In this document: positions 54,647 through 64,000 of the stretch, piece after piece
Layout of the letters: each line of letters opens with the position of its first letter
Numbering within the stretch: the first letter of the stretch is position 1
DNA from: Bacteroidota bacterium
GTDB taxonomy: Bacteria; Bacteroidota; Ignavibacteria; OLB7
Assembly: GCA_018266795.1 (NCBI GenBank)
Contig: JAFDZV010000047.1
Span: 54,759 to 118,758, forward strand
DNA: 64,000 nucleotides
Direction of reading: 5' to 3'
Notes under the pieces: model-generated
The model's database searches: none
The model's input: only the letters and a program-made list of their open reading frames with translations
Told to the model about the DNA's origin: nothing
Made by a program: the position numbers and the translations under genes

Positions 54647-55453
54647 TCAGTAGCTCTCACTCTCGTTCGGAAACGTTCCCTCGCGGATGTCCACGGCATA
54701 CCGTCTTGCCGCTTCGGTTGCGCGTTCGGCGAACGATTCGTAGTGGCGCACAAAGCGCGGCTGAAACTCCAGCGTAAGCCCGAGCATGTCCGTGGAGACA
54801 AGGATCTGGCCGTCGCAATGCGGCCCTGCGCCGATGCCGATGGTTGGAATCTCCAGGCTCTCGGTAACCTTCCGCGCGAGTTCGGCGGGTATCTTTTCGA
54901 GCACGATGGAGAATGCTCCGGCCTGCTCCAGGATGCGCGCATCGGAGAGAATCTTCTCCGCCTCGGCCTCCGTTGTTCCGCGAGGACGATAGCCGCCATA
55001 CTGATGAATGGACTGCGGTTGAAGTCCCAGATGCCCCATTACCGGGATGCCGACGGCGGTCATTCGATGTACAGCCTCGGCATGCTCTTCGCCCCCCTCC
55101 AGCTTCACTGCACCAGCATCGGTCTCCTTCATGATGCGGCCGGCGTTGCGGAACGCCTCGTCAACGCGAACCTGATAGCTCATGAACGGCATGTCGGCCA
55201 CCACCATTGCCCGCAACACGCCGCGTGTCACGGCCCTGGTATGATAGATGATCTCATCCAGCGTGACCGGAAGCGTTGTATCGCGCCCCTGCACCACGTT
55301 CGCCACGGAGTCGCCCACCAGCAGCAGATCGATGCCGGCCGAATCGAACAGGTTTGCCATCACCGCATCGTACGCAGTGAGCGCGGCGATTCGCGTTCCG
55401 CGGCGCTTCATGTCCATGAGGCTTCGCGTTGTAATTCGTTTGCTCTCGCTCAT
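54647..55453 (-). CDS. panB: 3-methyl-2-oxobutanoate hydroxymethyltransferase (ketopantoate hydroxymethyltransferase)
   Basis: [38 protein letters not shown]...AVKLEGG...GHLGLQPQS: canonical PanB. Confidence 0.9.
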   Translation of the reverse strand: MSESKRITTRSLMDMKRRGTRIAALTAYDAVMANLFDSAGIDLLLVGDSVANVVQGRDTTLPVTLDEIIYHTRAVTRGVLRAMVVADMPFMSYQVRVDEAFRNAGRIMKETDAGAVKLEGGEEHAEAVHRMTAVGIPVMGHLGLQPQSIHQYGGYRPRGTTEAEAEKILSDARILEQAGAFSIVLEKIPAELARKVTESLEIPTIGIGAGPHCDGQILVSTDMLGLTLEFQPRFVRHYESFAERATEAARRYAVDIREGTFPNESESY

Positions 55454-56307
55454 GATGCGTGCTCAGCTGCGTGCGTGGATGTTGTTGTTGTCGTGAGATC
55501 GTCCGTGCGGCGGAGGGCTGCGCCGAAGGTGGCTGCAAACCCGTCGTGCAGGGCGCTGGCCAGAGAGTCGAATGCCGGGACACGGCCGTTCAGCAGATCG
55601 CATACTGTTGCGGTTCGCTCCGCCAGTCGCGACTTGAGCGCTCCACGGCGTGAGGCGTCGTGCTCCGGATAGAGCAGGTCGATGATCTCCAGATGCGCAT
55701 CGCCAACAAGCAGCGAGCCGTGCTGCAGCAACACGCCCCCGTAGCGCCGCTGGGCCGATCCGAGCAGCTTGCGCCCGTGCCACGTCAGTTCGTTCAGCGC
55801 CGATGCACTGAAACAGCTCTCCGATTCCTCCAGCGTGTAGTGTTCGCGGAAGTCCGGCTGCGAGCGGCTGAACTCCAGATCGTGCGCTCCCAGAATCTCC
55901 AGGCCCCGCATGACGGCCTCCGTGATCCGCGAATAGGTGGCGTGGATGCCGTCGCCATTCGAAGGCATCGCCACGGCGTAGGTCAACTCCTCCGCATGAA
56001 ACACCGCCCGTCCGCCGGTGGGGCGCCGCACGATGCCGTATCCTTTCGAGTCGATACCTCGGCGATCGATCGCAGCATCACTCTGATTGTGGCCAAGCGA
56101 GAGCGTGTACGGCTGCCACGAATAGAAGCGCAGGCGCGGCACGCCGTCCCTGCCGCAGGCAATCGCCATCGCCTCGTCGCGAGCCATGTTCTGCTCGCCG
56201 CTCAGATCGTGGTCAACCGCATACAGCCATTCACCGCTGTACGTCCTTTCGTTGCCGGCGCCGGCCATTGCCGCTTTATGTGTAGTTGCAGCTGTGTGCA
56301 TGTTCAT
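55450..56307 (-). CDS. Lipoate-protein ligase / octanoyltransferase family protein (BPL/LPL catalytic domain)
   Basis: [19 protein letters not shown]...[11 protein letters not shown]...[21 protein letters not shown], LplA/LipM-like. 4-nt overlaps with both neighbours. Confidence 0.75.
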   Translation of the reverse strand: MNMHTAATTHKAAMAGAGNERTYSGEWLYAVDHDLSGEQNMARDEAMAIACGRDGVPRLRFYSWQPYTLSLGHNQSDAAIDRRGIDSKGYGIVRRPTGGRAVFHAEELTYAVAMPSNGDGIHATYSRITEAVMRGLEILGAHDLEFSRSQPDFREHYTLEESESCFSASALNELTWHGRKLLGSAQRRYGGVLLQHGSLLVGDAHLEIIDLLYPEHDASRRGALKSRLAERTATVCDLLNGRVPAFDSLASALHDGFAATFGAALRRTDDLTTTTTSTHAAEHAS

Positions 56308-57389
56308 TCGGGATTGATGCGCGTTCCGTCCGCCCGGAAGTAGTGGAGGCGGTCGGCCGCAGCGCGAAGGTGGATGGGGTCGCCGTAGCTCAGACGGTGA
56401 TCGGGATGGATCGCCGCTGCCATCAGATCTTCACCGGCCGGAAAATAGACGAAGGTGAGATTGCCCAGTGTTTCCACCACCTCCACGATAGCCCTGAAGG
56501 CAAGGGGATCCGAGGGATCTGTTGCCAGGAGATGTTCGGGACGGATGCCGAGCGTTGTGGCGCCGGCGCATTCCGGCGGCACATGCGAGAGGGGGATCGT
56601 GATGCCGCTGTTCCCGTTCTGCACGAATCGCGTGACGTCACCCGGAGTCATGCTTCCCTCGAAGAAGTTCATTCCCGGTGTTCCGATGAACCCCGCAACG
56701 AAGCGGTTCACCGGGCGGTTGTAGAGTTCCATCGGCGGGGCAATCTGCTGTACGCGGCCGCGATCCATCACAACGATGCGGTCAGCCATGGTCATCGCCT
56801 CCACCTGATCGTGCGTGACGTAGATGGAGGTAGCGCGGAGTTCGTGGTGCAGCTTCTGCAGTTGCGCGCGTGTCTGCGTGCGCAGTTTCGCATCGAGGTT
56901 GGAGAGGGGTTCATCGAAGAGGAACACGGCGGGGTTGCGGACGATTGCGCGGCCCACGGCAACGCGCTGGCGCTGGCCGCCGCTCAAGGCCTTCGGCTTG
57001 CGTTCCAGCAACGGCTCCAGCTCCAGCATGCGTGCGGCCCGGGAAACGCGCTGGTCGATCTCGCTGTGCGTCATCTTTCGCATCTTCAGTGCGAACTCCA
57101 GATTCTGGCGCACGGTCATGTGCGGATAGAGCGCATAGTTCTGGAACACCATCGCCACATCTCTATCCTTCGGGTGAACGTTGTTCACCAACCTCTCGCC
57201 GATCCGTATCTCCCCCTCGCTGATCATCTCCAACCCCGCGATCATTCGGAGCGTGGTGGACTTACCGCAGCCCGAGGGGCCAACAATCACCAGGAACTCG
57301 CCATCCGGGAGTTCGAACGAAACATCGTCGACGGCAACGGTGCCGTCGTCGAAACGCTTCCAGACATTCTGAAGGGAGACGTGTGCCAT
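56304..57389 (-). CDS. ABC transporter ATP-binding protein, MalK/UgpC-type (sugar/glycerol-3-phosphate importer ATPase), orphan (no permease or binding protein adjacent)
   Basis: Start at internal ATG (MAHVSLQNVWKRF). Walker A GPSGCGKST. Signature LSGGQRQRVAVGRA. Walker B VFLFDEPLSNLD. C-terminal MalK-type regulatory/TOBE domain. Confidence 0.85.
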   Translation of the reverse strand: MAHVSLQNVWKRFDDGTVAVDDVSFELPDGEFLVIVGPSGCGKSTTLRMIAGLEMISEGEIRIGERLVNNVHPKDRDVAMVFQNYALYPHMTVRQNLEFALKMRKMTHSEIDQRVSRAARMLELEPLLERKPKALSGGQRQRVAVGRAIVRNPAVFLFDEPLSNLDAKLRTQTRAQLQKLHHELRATSIYVTHDQVEAMTMADRIVVMDRGRVQQIAPPMELYNRPVNRFVAGFIGTPGMNFFEGSMTPGDVTRFVQNGNSGITIPLSHVPPECAGATTLGIRPEHLLATDPSDPLAFRAIVEVVETLGNLTFVYFPAGEDLMAAAIHPDHRLSYGDPIHLRAAADRLHYFRADGTRINPE

Positions 57390-57772
57390 CGGCTTGGTTG
57401 GGTCCAGGAGGATTCCGCAGGCGGGAGGACGATGTTCAATGTGCCGCGCGGAGTGGCGCAAGATAGTGATGGAACGGCGATGACAGTGTGGGAACAACGG
57501 CAACACATGTTTTCGCCGCGCGTGCATTCGGTCCGGCAGGCGTCTCGAATGCAATCCCGCATGAGACCGCGATGCCGGTGCTGTTCACGTTGCCGGCTGC
57601 GGCAGACGAGCGACCGTCATGCATCGGCGTCCGGCTTGCAGCGATGTGTCGGCGATCGGATCCCGGGTACCGACGATGCGGAGGTGAGTGCGGACTTCAC
57701 AGGCGGGGCGGCGATGGCGTATACCGTCGAGGTGTATGACCATGGAAGCGTGGCGGGGATCGTGGTGACTAT

Positions 57773-58087
57773 GTGGTTGGTCTCCCTCGCTGGAGAATTC
57801 TCAAGCTCCAGTTGATGGCCGATATGGAACGAGCGCTCTCCCGATTCAAGTGTTTCGACTTTCAGATTGTCAATGGCGGCGAACATGACGGAGTGTGCCG
57901 GTGGAGACGGAAACTCTCAGGCAGCACCGACATCGTGCATGACGACGGAAGCATCGTGCATGGTGATGAGAGTGTCGTCACCGAGACGACGGCTCCGGGC
58001 CACTATCCGTATCACAGCTTCGAGCGTGTGGATGTCCAGGGGAACATGGATGACTATCGGATCACATCCGAGAACACAGTGCCGTAA
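57773..58087 (+). CDS. Hypothetical small acidic protein
   Basis: 104-aa ORF (ATG at MADMERAL). D/E/H-rich, not Arg-rich. Convergent with the HNH gene, with a shared hairpin terminator between them. GC3 is lower than the backbone. Confidence 0.3.
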   Translation: MVGLPRWRILKLQLMADMERALSRFKCFDFQIVNGGEHDGVCRWRRKLSGSTDIVHDDGSIVHGDESVVTETTAPGHYPYHSFERVDVQGNMDDYRITSENTVP

Positions 58088-58183
58088 TCCGCGCCGTGTC
58101 TCTTCCCGCTGTGTTGTTTCCGTTGCCGAAAATCCATCTGGCGTCTGCGGATAACCGGAAGCGGTTGAAGGACATTTATATAA

Positions 58184-58222
58184 CAGGCGGGCAACCGAAG
58201 GAAACCCCCGGAGGCCCGCCTG
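58184..58222. terminator. Hairpin (caggcgggc ... gcccgcctg, 9-bp stem) between the convergent small ORF and the HNH gene
   Basis: Perfect 9-bp inverted repeat. Followed by T-rich sequence on the plus strand (tctgcttgctgttggtt) and A/T-rich sequence on the minus strand (ttatataaatg). Candidate bidirectional intrinsic terminator. Confidence 0.55.
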
Positions 58223-58257
58223 TCTGCTTGCTGTTGGTTACTCGTTGCCTGAGCCGA

Positions 58258-58749
58258 TCAGTTCATGAACAGATACGGTTCCCATTCACGGGCGATGGTG
58301 CCAACCACATTGCGAATGAACGTGACGTAGTTGGGCCGGAACGGGCGCGTGCGCAGTTTCATGTTTGCCTCTTCCGGTGTGCGGTTGCCCTTGCGGTTAT
58401 TGCACCGCACACATGCGCAGACGAGGTTCTCCCACGTATCCCCGCCGCTGCGGGACTTGGGCATCACATGATCGACAGTGAGTGGAGGTGTCGTCTTGCC
58501 ACAGTACATGCATCGATGGTTGTCACGGCGCAGAATATTCTTCCGCGTCAGTTCCACCTTCTTGTATGGCATGTGGATATAAAGCGAGAGACGGACAACG
58601 CTGGGGAATGGAAAGGCATGGCGTACCGTGCGGATGGTGCGTCCAGGACGCACCTCAACAATCTCGGCCTTTCCAAGCCACAGCAGGATTATCGCCTTCT
58701 GTACGTTCGAGACGCAAAGCGGCTCATAGTTCTGATTGAGGATCAGCAC
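58258..58749 (-). CDS. Standalone HNH endonuclease (about 160-aa conserved family)
   Basis: RDNHRCMYCGK...LTVDHVMPKSRSGGDTWENLVCACVRCNNRKGNR: HNH motif with zinc-binding Cys pairs. Lower GC than the flanking genes. Confidence 0.85.
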   Translation of the reverse strand: MLILNQNYEPLCVSNVQKAIILLWLGKAEIVEVRPGRTIRTVRHAFPFPSVVRLSLYIHMPYKKVELTRKNILRRDNHRCMYCGKTTPPLTVDHVMPKSRSGGDTWENLVCACVRCNNRKGNRTPEEANMKLRTRPFRPNYVTFIRNVVGTIAREWEPYLFMN

Positions 58750-58963
58750 CTTGTTGCCACCAAGCGTCCCGGTGTGAGCTCCGGCTGGAGCGTCGTCGGG
58801 TATGGGGCTGAATGTAGCGAATGCAGGTCTCCTTCAACACTACTTCGTTGACGTTGTTGATTAACGCGAAGACTATCACGATGTGCCTGTGGGAAAGCTA
58901 CACTTTGCAGTACGCAATATCAAGCTGCCGGTGTGTGCCCGGAAGTAAGTCCGGGTGATGCCG

Positions 58964-60073
58964 TCAGGCTGTCTGTGCGGCAAGCATTGCGCGTTTTGCC
59001 TCGAGCTTGTCGAAGAGTGTGCTGAACGATGCAACGAACTTCTCCACGCCCTCCGCGATAAGCGCGGCCATCACGGCATCGATTTCGATTCCGACGCCGG
59101 CGGTTGCTGCAATCGTTGCCGCCGCGCCGGCGCAATCATCCTCAACCGAGAGGTGTGGTGCGGCGTGATCCAGGATTGCCGTAAGCGTTTCCGGCGGTAC
59201 GGTATTGACCGTGTGCGGACCTACCAACGGCTCAACGTACAGCAGATCCGGGTACGCCGGATTCTTCACCGATGTGCTGGCCCAGAGCGGACGCTGAACG
59301 CGGGCGGATTGCGCGGCCAGACGCTCCCATCGCTCGCCGCTGAAGATCGTTTTGAATTCCTGGTACACGAGCTTCGAATTGGCAACGGCCAGTTTCCCGC
59401 GCAACGCCAGCGCATCCGGTGTGCCGATGCGCTCCAGCATCGGATCAACCATCGTATCGATCCTGCTGACGAAGACGCTTGCAACCGAGTTGACGCGATC
59501 GATGGCGTGGCCGGCTGCTGCGCGATCCTCCAGCCCTCCGATGTAGGCAAGCGCCACATCGCGATACTGTTGGAGCGAAAACATGAGCGTCACATTGATA
59601 TTGATCCCCTCGGCGACGCACTGCCGAATTGCCGGGATTCCCTCCGGCGTTGCGGGAATCTTCACCATCAGGTTGGGGCGGTTGATCTGACCCCAGAGTA
59701 CGCGCGCCTCGGCGAGTGTCTCATCCGTCTTGGCCGCAAGGGTTGGGCTCACCTCGATCGAGATGAATCCGTCGCCGCCATTCGACTCCGCGTACACCGG
59801 CATCATGACATCGCACGCATTTCTCACATCCTCCACAAAGAGCGCCGTGGCGATCTCCGCGGTGGAATGTCCGGCGCGGCTCAGTTCCTGAATCTGATCA
59901 TCGTAGGAGCTTCCTCCGGCGATCGCCTTTTCGAAGATGGTGGGATTGGACGTCATGCCTCGCAGCCCCTGATCTACGAGTTGCTTCATGGCGCCGGAAG
60001 CGATAAAGTCACGGCTGATGAAATCGTACCAGATCGACTGGCCAAGCTGGAGAAGTTCGTGAAGGGGATTCAT
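58964..60073 (-). CDS. tal: Transaldolase
   Basis: Start at internal ATG (MNPLHELLQLGQSIWYDFISRDFI). TSNPTIF. Active-site Lys context (LMVKIPAT). 369 aa. Confidence 0.9.
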   Translation of the reverse strand: MNPLHELLQLGQSIWYDFISRDFIASGAMKQLVDQGLRGMTSNPTIFEKAIAGGSSYDDQIQELSRAGHSTAEIATALFVEDVRNACDVMMPVYAESNGGDGFISIEVSPTLAAKTDETLAEARVLWGQINRPNLMVKIPATPEGIPAIRQCVAEGININVTLMFSLQQYRDVALAYIGGLEDRAAAGHAIDRVNSVASVFVSRIDTMVDPMLERIGTPDALALRGKLAVANSKLVYQEFKTIFSGERWERLAAQSARVQRPLWASTSVKNPAYPDLLYVEPLVGPHTVNTVPPETLTAILDHAAPHLSVEDDCAGAAATIAATAGVGIEIDAVMAALIAEGVEKFVASFSTLFDKLEAKRAMLAAQTA

Positions 60074-60967
60074 GTGTGTTGCTTCCGTAGTTCGGTATAC
60101 CGGGTTGATGTAGTGCATCGGCGCACCCGGTGCATGGGGAATCTCGAGGCGAGCCAGAGCCGAACCAAGAGTGAGGCTTCGCACTGCGGAGCGCATCACC
60201 GGGGCGAGCGGTGAAATCCCATGGAGCATTCAAAGATAGCGAACGGCGCGATCCTTTCCAGGATAGCGTTCGATAACCCGGGCCGCAAGGGGATGCCGGA
60301 TGATTACGAATCGGACGGGCCGCAGCCATAGGTTCGTTGCTGAATGGGTGCCACGGCGGGGTCATCTCGCTGCCACACTCCGGCATGCAACATCGACAAA
60401 CGATTCGGGCGGACCGATGAATGATTTCGAAAAGGGCCGATTGCCTTGTTTGGGCAAACCGGATCATTGTCTTATAATGCGGCCCGGGTAAGGACCTCAT
60501 ACTCTGATTATGTGGCTGCAACGGCGGGTTGGTGCCGTTGTTGTAGCGTTTGCGCCCCCCCGACCCACCCCCTTTCCACAGGGATTTGAGGTAGCCGGAC
60601 TTCTGGCCCCCGTCGTTTTTACGTGCGGGGGTTGTGGCGTCTTGTGTGACCAACCCCGCCGAAAAAAATCTCCAACGGATGTTCGGGCGCTGCTAACAAA
60701 AGTATCTGCCGATGTGTTAGATGCCGCACGATGCAGACTCCGGGCACTCGGTTGGGGAGAAACTTCTTGACTTTCAGTGGAAATTTCGCGATTCTCGCAA
60801 CCTTCCGTCGCCAGCTCTGTAGTGAACCAGGGGCAATTCCCGGCCCGTCGAGACTGCGGAGCCTGCCTGTTCAGGCGCTGTGCCTGAGCGGGCATCGTTT
60901 GAAATAGAGATACAGCATCAATCAGATAGATCCAGCTAACCTTCAAACCTTTACAGGAGTGCAGCTA

Positions 60968-63900
60968 ATGCGAAGGGTTCTACTACTTCTCTGCGCGGTT
61001 GCTCTTGCTATTCCGTCAGCGGCAGCGCTTGCCGGCGGTGGGGGTGATCAGGGCGGCGTCGAGCCGCAGCGTCGCAGCGATCCCAATGGCGGATCGTATC
61101 CCGACGGTCCCCCACAAAAGGCGCCCCTCTCAACGGGCTATTACGTGACGGACAACGATGCCCCGCAGACGGGACCACCCTGGTCCCCGAATTACAACTT
61201 CATTGACACAACAGGCGCATTGCTTCAGCAGTGGCATCGTGTTGTGTCGGGTCCGAATCAGCGCGTTCCGTCCTTCTGGACCCGTCCGGAGAGCAACGGA
61301 TACGAGTACTTCCGCAACCCGAACAACATGTCGGACTCCACCGACAACGCGTTCGCAGGTCCTATCTCCATTGGTTTCCCGTTCTACTACTATGGCCGCA
61401 AGTACGATTCGTTCTACGTTTCGACGAACGGCCTCGTGGCGCTGAGCAACCGGCGCTATCAGTATGACGAGCAGGGACATCGTGTGGACTACGAGCCGGT
61501 GTTCGACGATATCCGTCCGCGCGTTTCGAATCCGCTGGTTGATCCGACGCCGGACAACTACGGCTTCCAGTACGTTGCACTCAACAACAGCAATGCGCCC
61601 GATGCGGGCATCCTGAGCGGCAACAACGCCAAGTTTCCGCAGCCCTCGCTTCGCTCGGTGATCGCCCCGTTGTGGGACGACACGGAGCTTTCGCAGTTCG
61701 ATCCGATCTCGCAGCAGCCGGATGACTTCGGCCGCGTTTACTGGCTTCGCAACGGCGGCGATCAGCTCGTCATCTACTATGTGAACCAGTCCATGATCGG
61801 CAACAAGAACATTCCGCTGCTCAATACGGTGGCCGGTGTTCAGCCGCGTACGCTTCGTGCGAACTACCAGGTGGTGCTCGATCGCAGCGACAGCACGATC
61901 CAGTTCAACTATGTGATCTTCCGTGGCCAGTGGACTGAGCCTCAGTCGCAGGTGATCAACGTTCCGGCGAACATCATGTATCGTTCGAACGCGACGATCG
62001 GTGTTCAGAGCCATGATCAGGAGTTCACGAACTACCTCGCCAACGCAGATTTCGGTGGTGCAGTGTATGTGAACGGCAACTCGTTCGGTACGCCGCACAA
62101 CGCGATGGCGATCCTCTTCAAGCAGTGGAAGAATGTTGTCCGCGTTCTCAGCGCAACGTTCCAGACCCCGAGCCAGTTCGTTCCCGGCACCTACGTGGAT
62201 CTGCCGCCCGGCTCGGTTCCCGACAACTACGAGTTGCTTCTGGGCCATTCGCAGCTTGGCGTTATCCGCCCGGTTGGTGTGGTGCAGAACGTTTCCAGCA
62301 ATGTCGGCCCGGTGAACATCACGCCGCAGCCGATCCGCTTCAACGTGATCTTCCGCATTCGTGACCTCGTGAACGTCACGAATCCTCCGGTCTATCAGCG
62401 TACGGCGACCACGGATACTCTGTTCCCGATCTATCCGGGAAGCCAGAAGAACGTGGACACGATCCGCTTCGATCCGTACATCACCAACGCAAACGTTCCG
62501 CGTCAGCTTGGCCGTTTCCGTGCCGAGGTGATCGCGCTTGACCAGGCTCCGAATGGCTCCAACTACTCGCAGATGTGGCCGTTCGACGATACCACGGGCA
62601 TTCGCGTGTTCGGTATCAAGCGCCTCGAAGCCCCGTTCATCAACACGTTCAGCGACTTCGATACCTCGCCCGAGGATGGTGACATCCCGTCGGTGAAGAA
62701 CTGGGTTTCGATCGGTACATCGGTTGTTGATGGTGAGGCCAACTGCTACAACCCGCCGCCGCCGAGAGGCGTGGCCGGTCCGCAGACGCGCCAGCTGAAT
62801 TCGCCGGTGGCTCTTCTGGACCGCCGCGATGCAGCGGGTGGCTTCTACAAGAACAATGCTCCGGGTGTTCTGTGTGGTGATACTCTTATCTCCTTCCCGA
62901 TCAACCTGAGCCAGACGGTCATCAATCCGATCCTTCTTCTCTCCTACCAGCGCGCCGGTCGCCAGCAGAACGGTTATCCGCGCGGCTTCAGCGACAACCT
63001 CCGTGTTGGTCCGGAGCATGCCGTGTACAACACGGTGAAGGATCAGCTGGTGCAGGTTCCGGACAAGCTCATGGTCGAGTTTGCAGAGCCGAGCCAGGAT
63101 GGTCTGAATGGCATCGTCAATATCCAGAGCGGTTCGTGGCGCACGCCGACGTTCAATCGCATTCAGGATGTGATCAACTGGGGCACCACATCGCCGCGCT
63201 GGGGAGTCTTCGGTGGCGGCGGTGGCTCCGGCCTCGACACCAACGGCAAGATCATCGTTGATGAGTTCGATGCCGGTAAGGACTTCGAGTTCAACCGTGC
63301 GTACATTCCCATCCCGACCCGTTGGGCAAAGGCCAACCCGGGCAACAAGACGTTCCGCTTCCGTATCCGCAGCCAGGTAAAGATGGACGGCAATCCGTTC
63401 GGTTCGCCGGCTGATGACGGTGACAACTTCTACGTTGACAACGTGATGTTGGTGGAGCCGGACAAGCCAGAGGTTGAAGTGACTGCCGTCCGTGTGGATT
63501 GGCCGTACACCGAGGCCCCTGCATCGCAGGCTCGTGCAATTCCGCTGTCGGTGAAGATCGGCAACAACGGCGCAACGGCCGCGACCACGTTCGGTGTGGC
63601 GATGTACGTTGAAAATCGTACCACGCCTCCGCCTCCGGGCTTCTGGAGCTACTATCGCTATCAGTCGATCATCTCGGTTCCTGCCGGACGTGATCGTGTT
63701 GAGAACTTCCCGACATGGGACGCTCAGGATTGCGGTGCCAACATCACCGTAACCCCGCAGTCGCCGCCGTCGACGACGACCGACTACCGTATCTGGGCGC
63801 GGATTCTTCCGCAGAACTTCGACTCGTACAGCGCCAACGATGTCACCTACTATGACTTCAAGTTGAAGCTTGGTGCAACGTTTGCCTATGACGATGGAAC

Positions 63901-64000
63901 GAACGATGTGCAGAACTTCGCACAGCTCGTTGGCAAGGGCTTGAACCTGATTCCGCCAACCAACCAGGACGGCACGGGTGCTTCGCCCTACGGTCCTTCG
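60968..64000 (+). CDS. Large secreted hypothetical protein (>1010 aa in window); 3' end beyond the window
   Basis: Not in the ORF track because there is no stop within the window. SD-like acaggag, then ATG at 60968. Signal peptide MRRVLLLLCAVALAIPSAAALAGG. The open frame continues to 64000 with protein-like composition (N/Y/F/W-rich). The overlapping minus-strand 629-aa ORF (61130..63019) is Arg-rich antisense. Confidence 0.75.
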   Translation, partial: MRRVLLLLCAVALAIPSAAALAGGGGDQGGVEPQRRSDPNGGSYPDGPPQKAPLSTGYYVTDNDAPQTGPPWSPNYNFIDTTGALLQQWHRVVSGPNQRVPSFWTRPESNGYEYFRNPNNMSDSTDNAFAGPISIGFPFYYYGRKYDSFYVSTNGLVALSNRRYQYDEQGHRVDYEPVFDDIRPRVSNPLVDPTPDNYGFQYVALNNSNAPDAGILSGNNAKFPQPSLRSVIAPLWDDTELSQFDPISQQPDDFGRVYWLRNGGDQLVIYYVNQSMIGNKNIPLLNTVAGVQPRTLRANYQVVLDRSDSTIQFNYVIFRGQWTEPQSQVINVPANIMYRSNATIGVQSHDQEFTNYLANADFGGAVYVNGNSFGTPHNAMAILFKQWKNVVRVLSATFQTPSQFVPGTYVDLPPGSVPDNYELLLGHSQLGVIRPVGVVQNVSSNVGPVNITPQPIRFNVIFRIRDLVNVTNPPVYQRTATTDTLFPIYPGSQKNVDTIRFDPYITNANVPRQLGRFRAEVIALDQAPNGSNYSQMWPFDDTTGIRVFGIKRLEAPFINTFSDFDTSPEDGDIPSVKNWVSIGTSVVDGEANCYNPPPPRGVAGPQTRQLNSPVALLDRRDAAGGFYKNNAPGVLCGDTLISFPINLSQTVINPILLLSYQRAGRQQNGYPRGFSDNLRVGPEHAVYNTVKDQLVQVPDKLMVEFAEPSQDGLNGIVNIQSGSWRTPTFNRIQDVINWGTTSPRWGVFGGGGGSGLDTNGKIIVDEFDAGKDFEFNRAYIPIPTRWAKANPGNKTFRFRIRSQVKMDGNPFGSPADDGDNFYVDNVMLVEPDKPEVEVTAVRVDWPYTEAPASQARAIPLSVKIGNNGATAATTFGVAMYVENRTTPPPPGFWSYYRYQSIISVPAGRDRVENFPTWDAQDCGANITVTPQSPPSTTTDYRIWARILPQNFDSYSANDVTYYDFKLKLGATFAYDDGTNDVQNFAQLVGKGLNLIPPTNQDGTGASPYGPS

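Noticed and set aside
61130-63019. 629-aa minus-strand ORF
   Set aside because: Arg-rich antisense shadow of the plus-strand secreted-protein gene (60968..64000), which has an SD, signal peptide and protein-like composition.

Overview
High-GC (~65%) chromosomal segment, most likely from an FCB-superphylum bacterium (Bacteroidota/Rhodothermota-like). At least four complete proteins end in type IX secretion (T9SS) C-terminal sorting domains. I call about 49 protein-coding genes and several regulatory or repeat elements. I found no rRNA, tRNA, CRISPR array, integrase or transposase. Many large ORFs in the six-frame track are Arg-rich antisense shadows of real genes and are rejected. Gene content: the 5' part of a TonB-dependent receptor, an S9 peptidase, TrmO, a divergent ECF sigma/anti-sigma pair, a PD40 beta-propeller lipoprotein, an OmpA-like protein, several secreted glycoside-hydrolase-like T9SS cargo proteins, a translationally coupled PLP-decarboxylase/GNAT pair, a 1762-aa metzincin/beta-propeller T9SS protein, an AEC transporter, three tandem FKBP-type PPIases, a 1097-aa TraB/GumN-family protein, a thioredoxin-fold/DsbD-N-like pair, three tandem paralogous secreted proteins, DUF1028, PtsI, Mpl, a squalene-synthase-like HpnC/HpnD pair, a membrane glycosyltransferase-like protein, a thioesterase, an asparaginase, an overlapping PanB/lipoate-ligase/ABC-ATPase operon, a standalone HNH endonuclease, transaldolase, and a >1000-aa secreted protein running off the 3' end of the window (missing from the ORF track). 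The most system-like unusual element is a lower-GC two-gene cassette inserted between mpl and hpnCD: TcmP (three-Cys-motif partner protein with methyltransferase-like motifs) abutting a DUF5131/Gp37-Gp68 three-Cys protein. It is a candidate, poorly characterised nucleic-acid-modification or defence module. Other notable items: the decarboxylase-GNAT pair, gene conversion between the tandem paralogs, the HNH island, composite palindromes and intergenic repeat elements, and a possible small RNA in an 890-bp divergent intergenic region.
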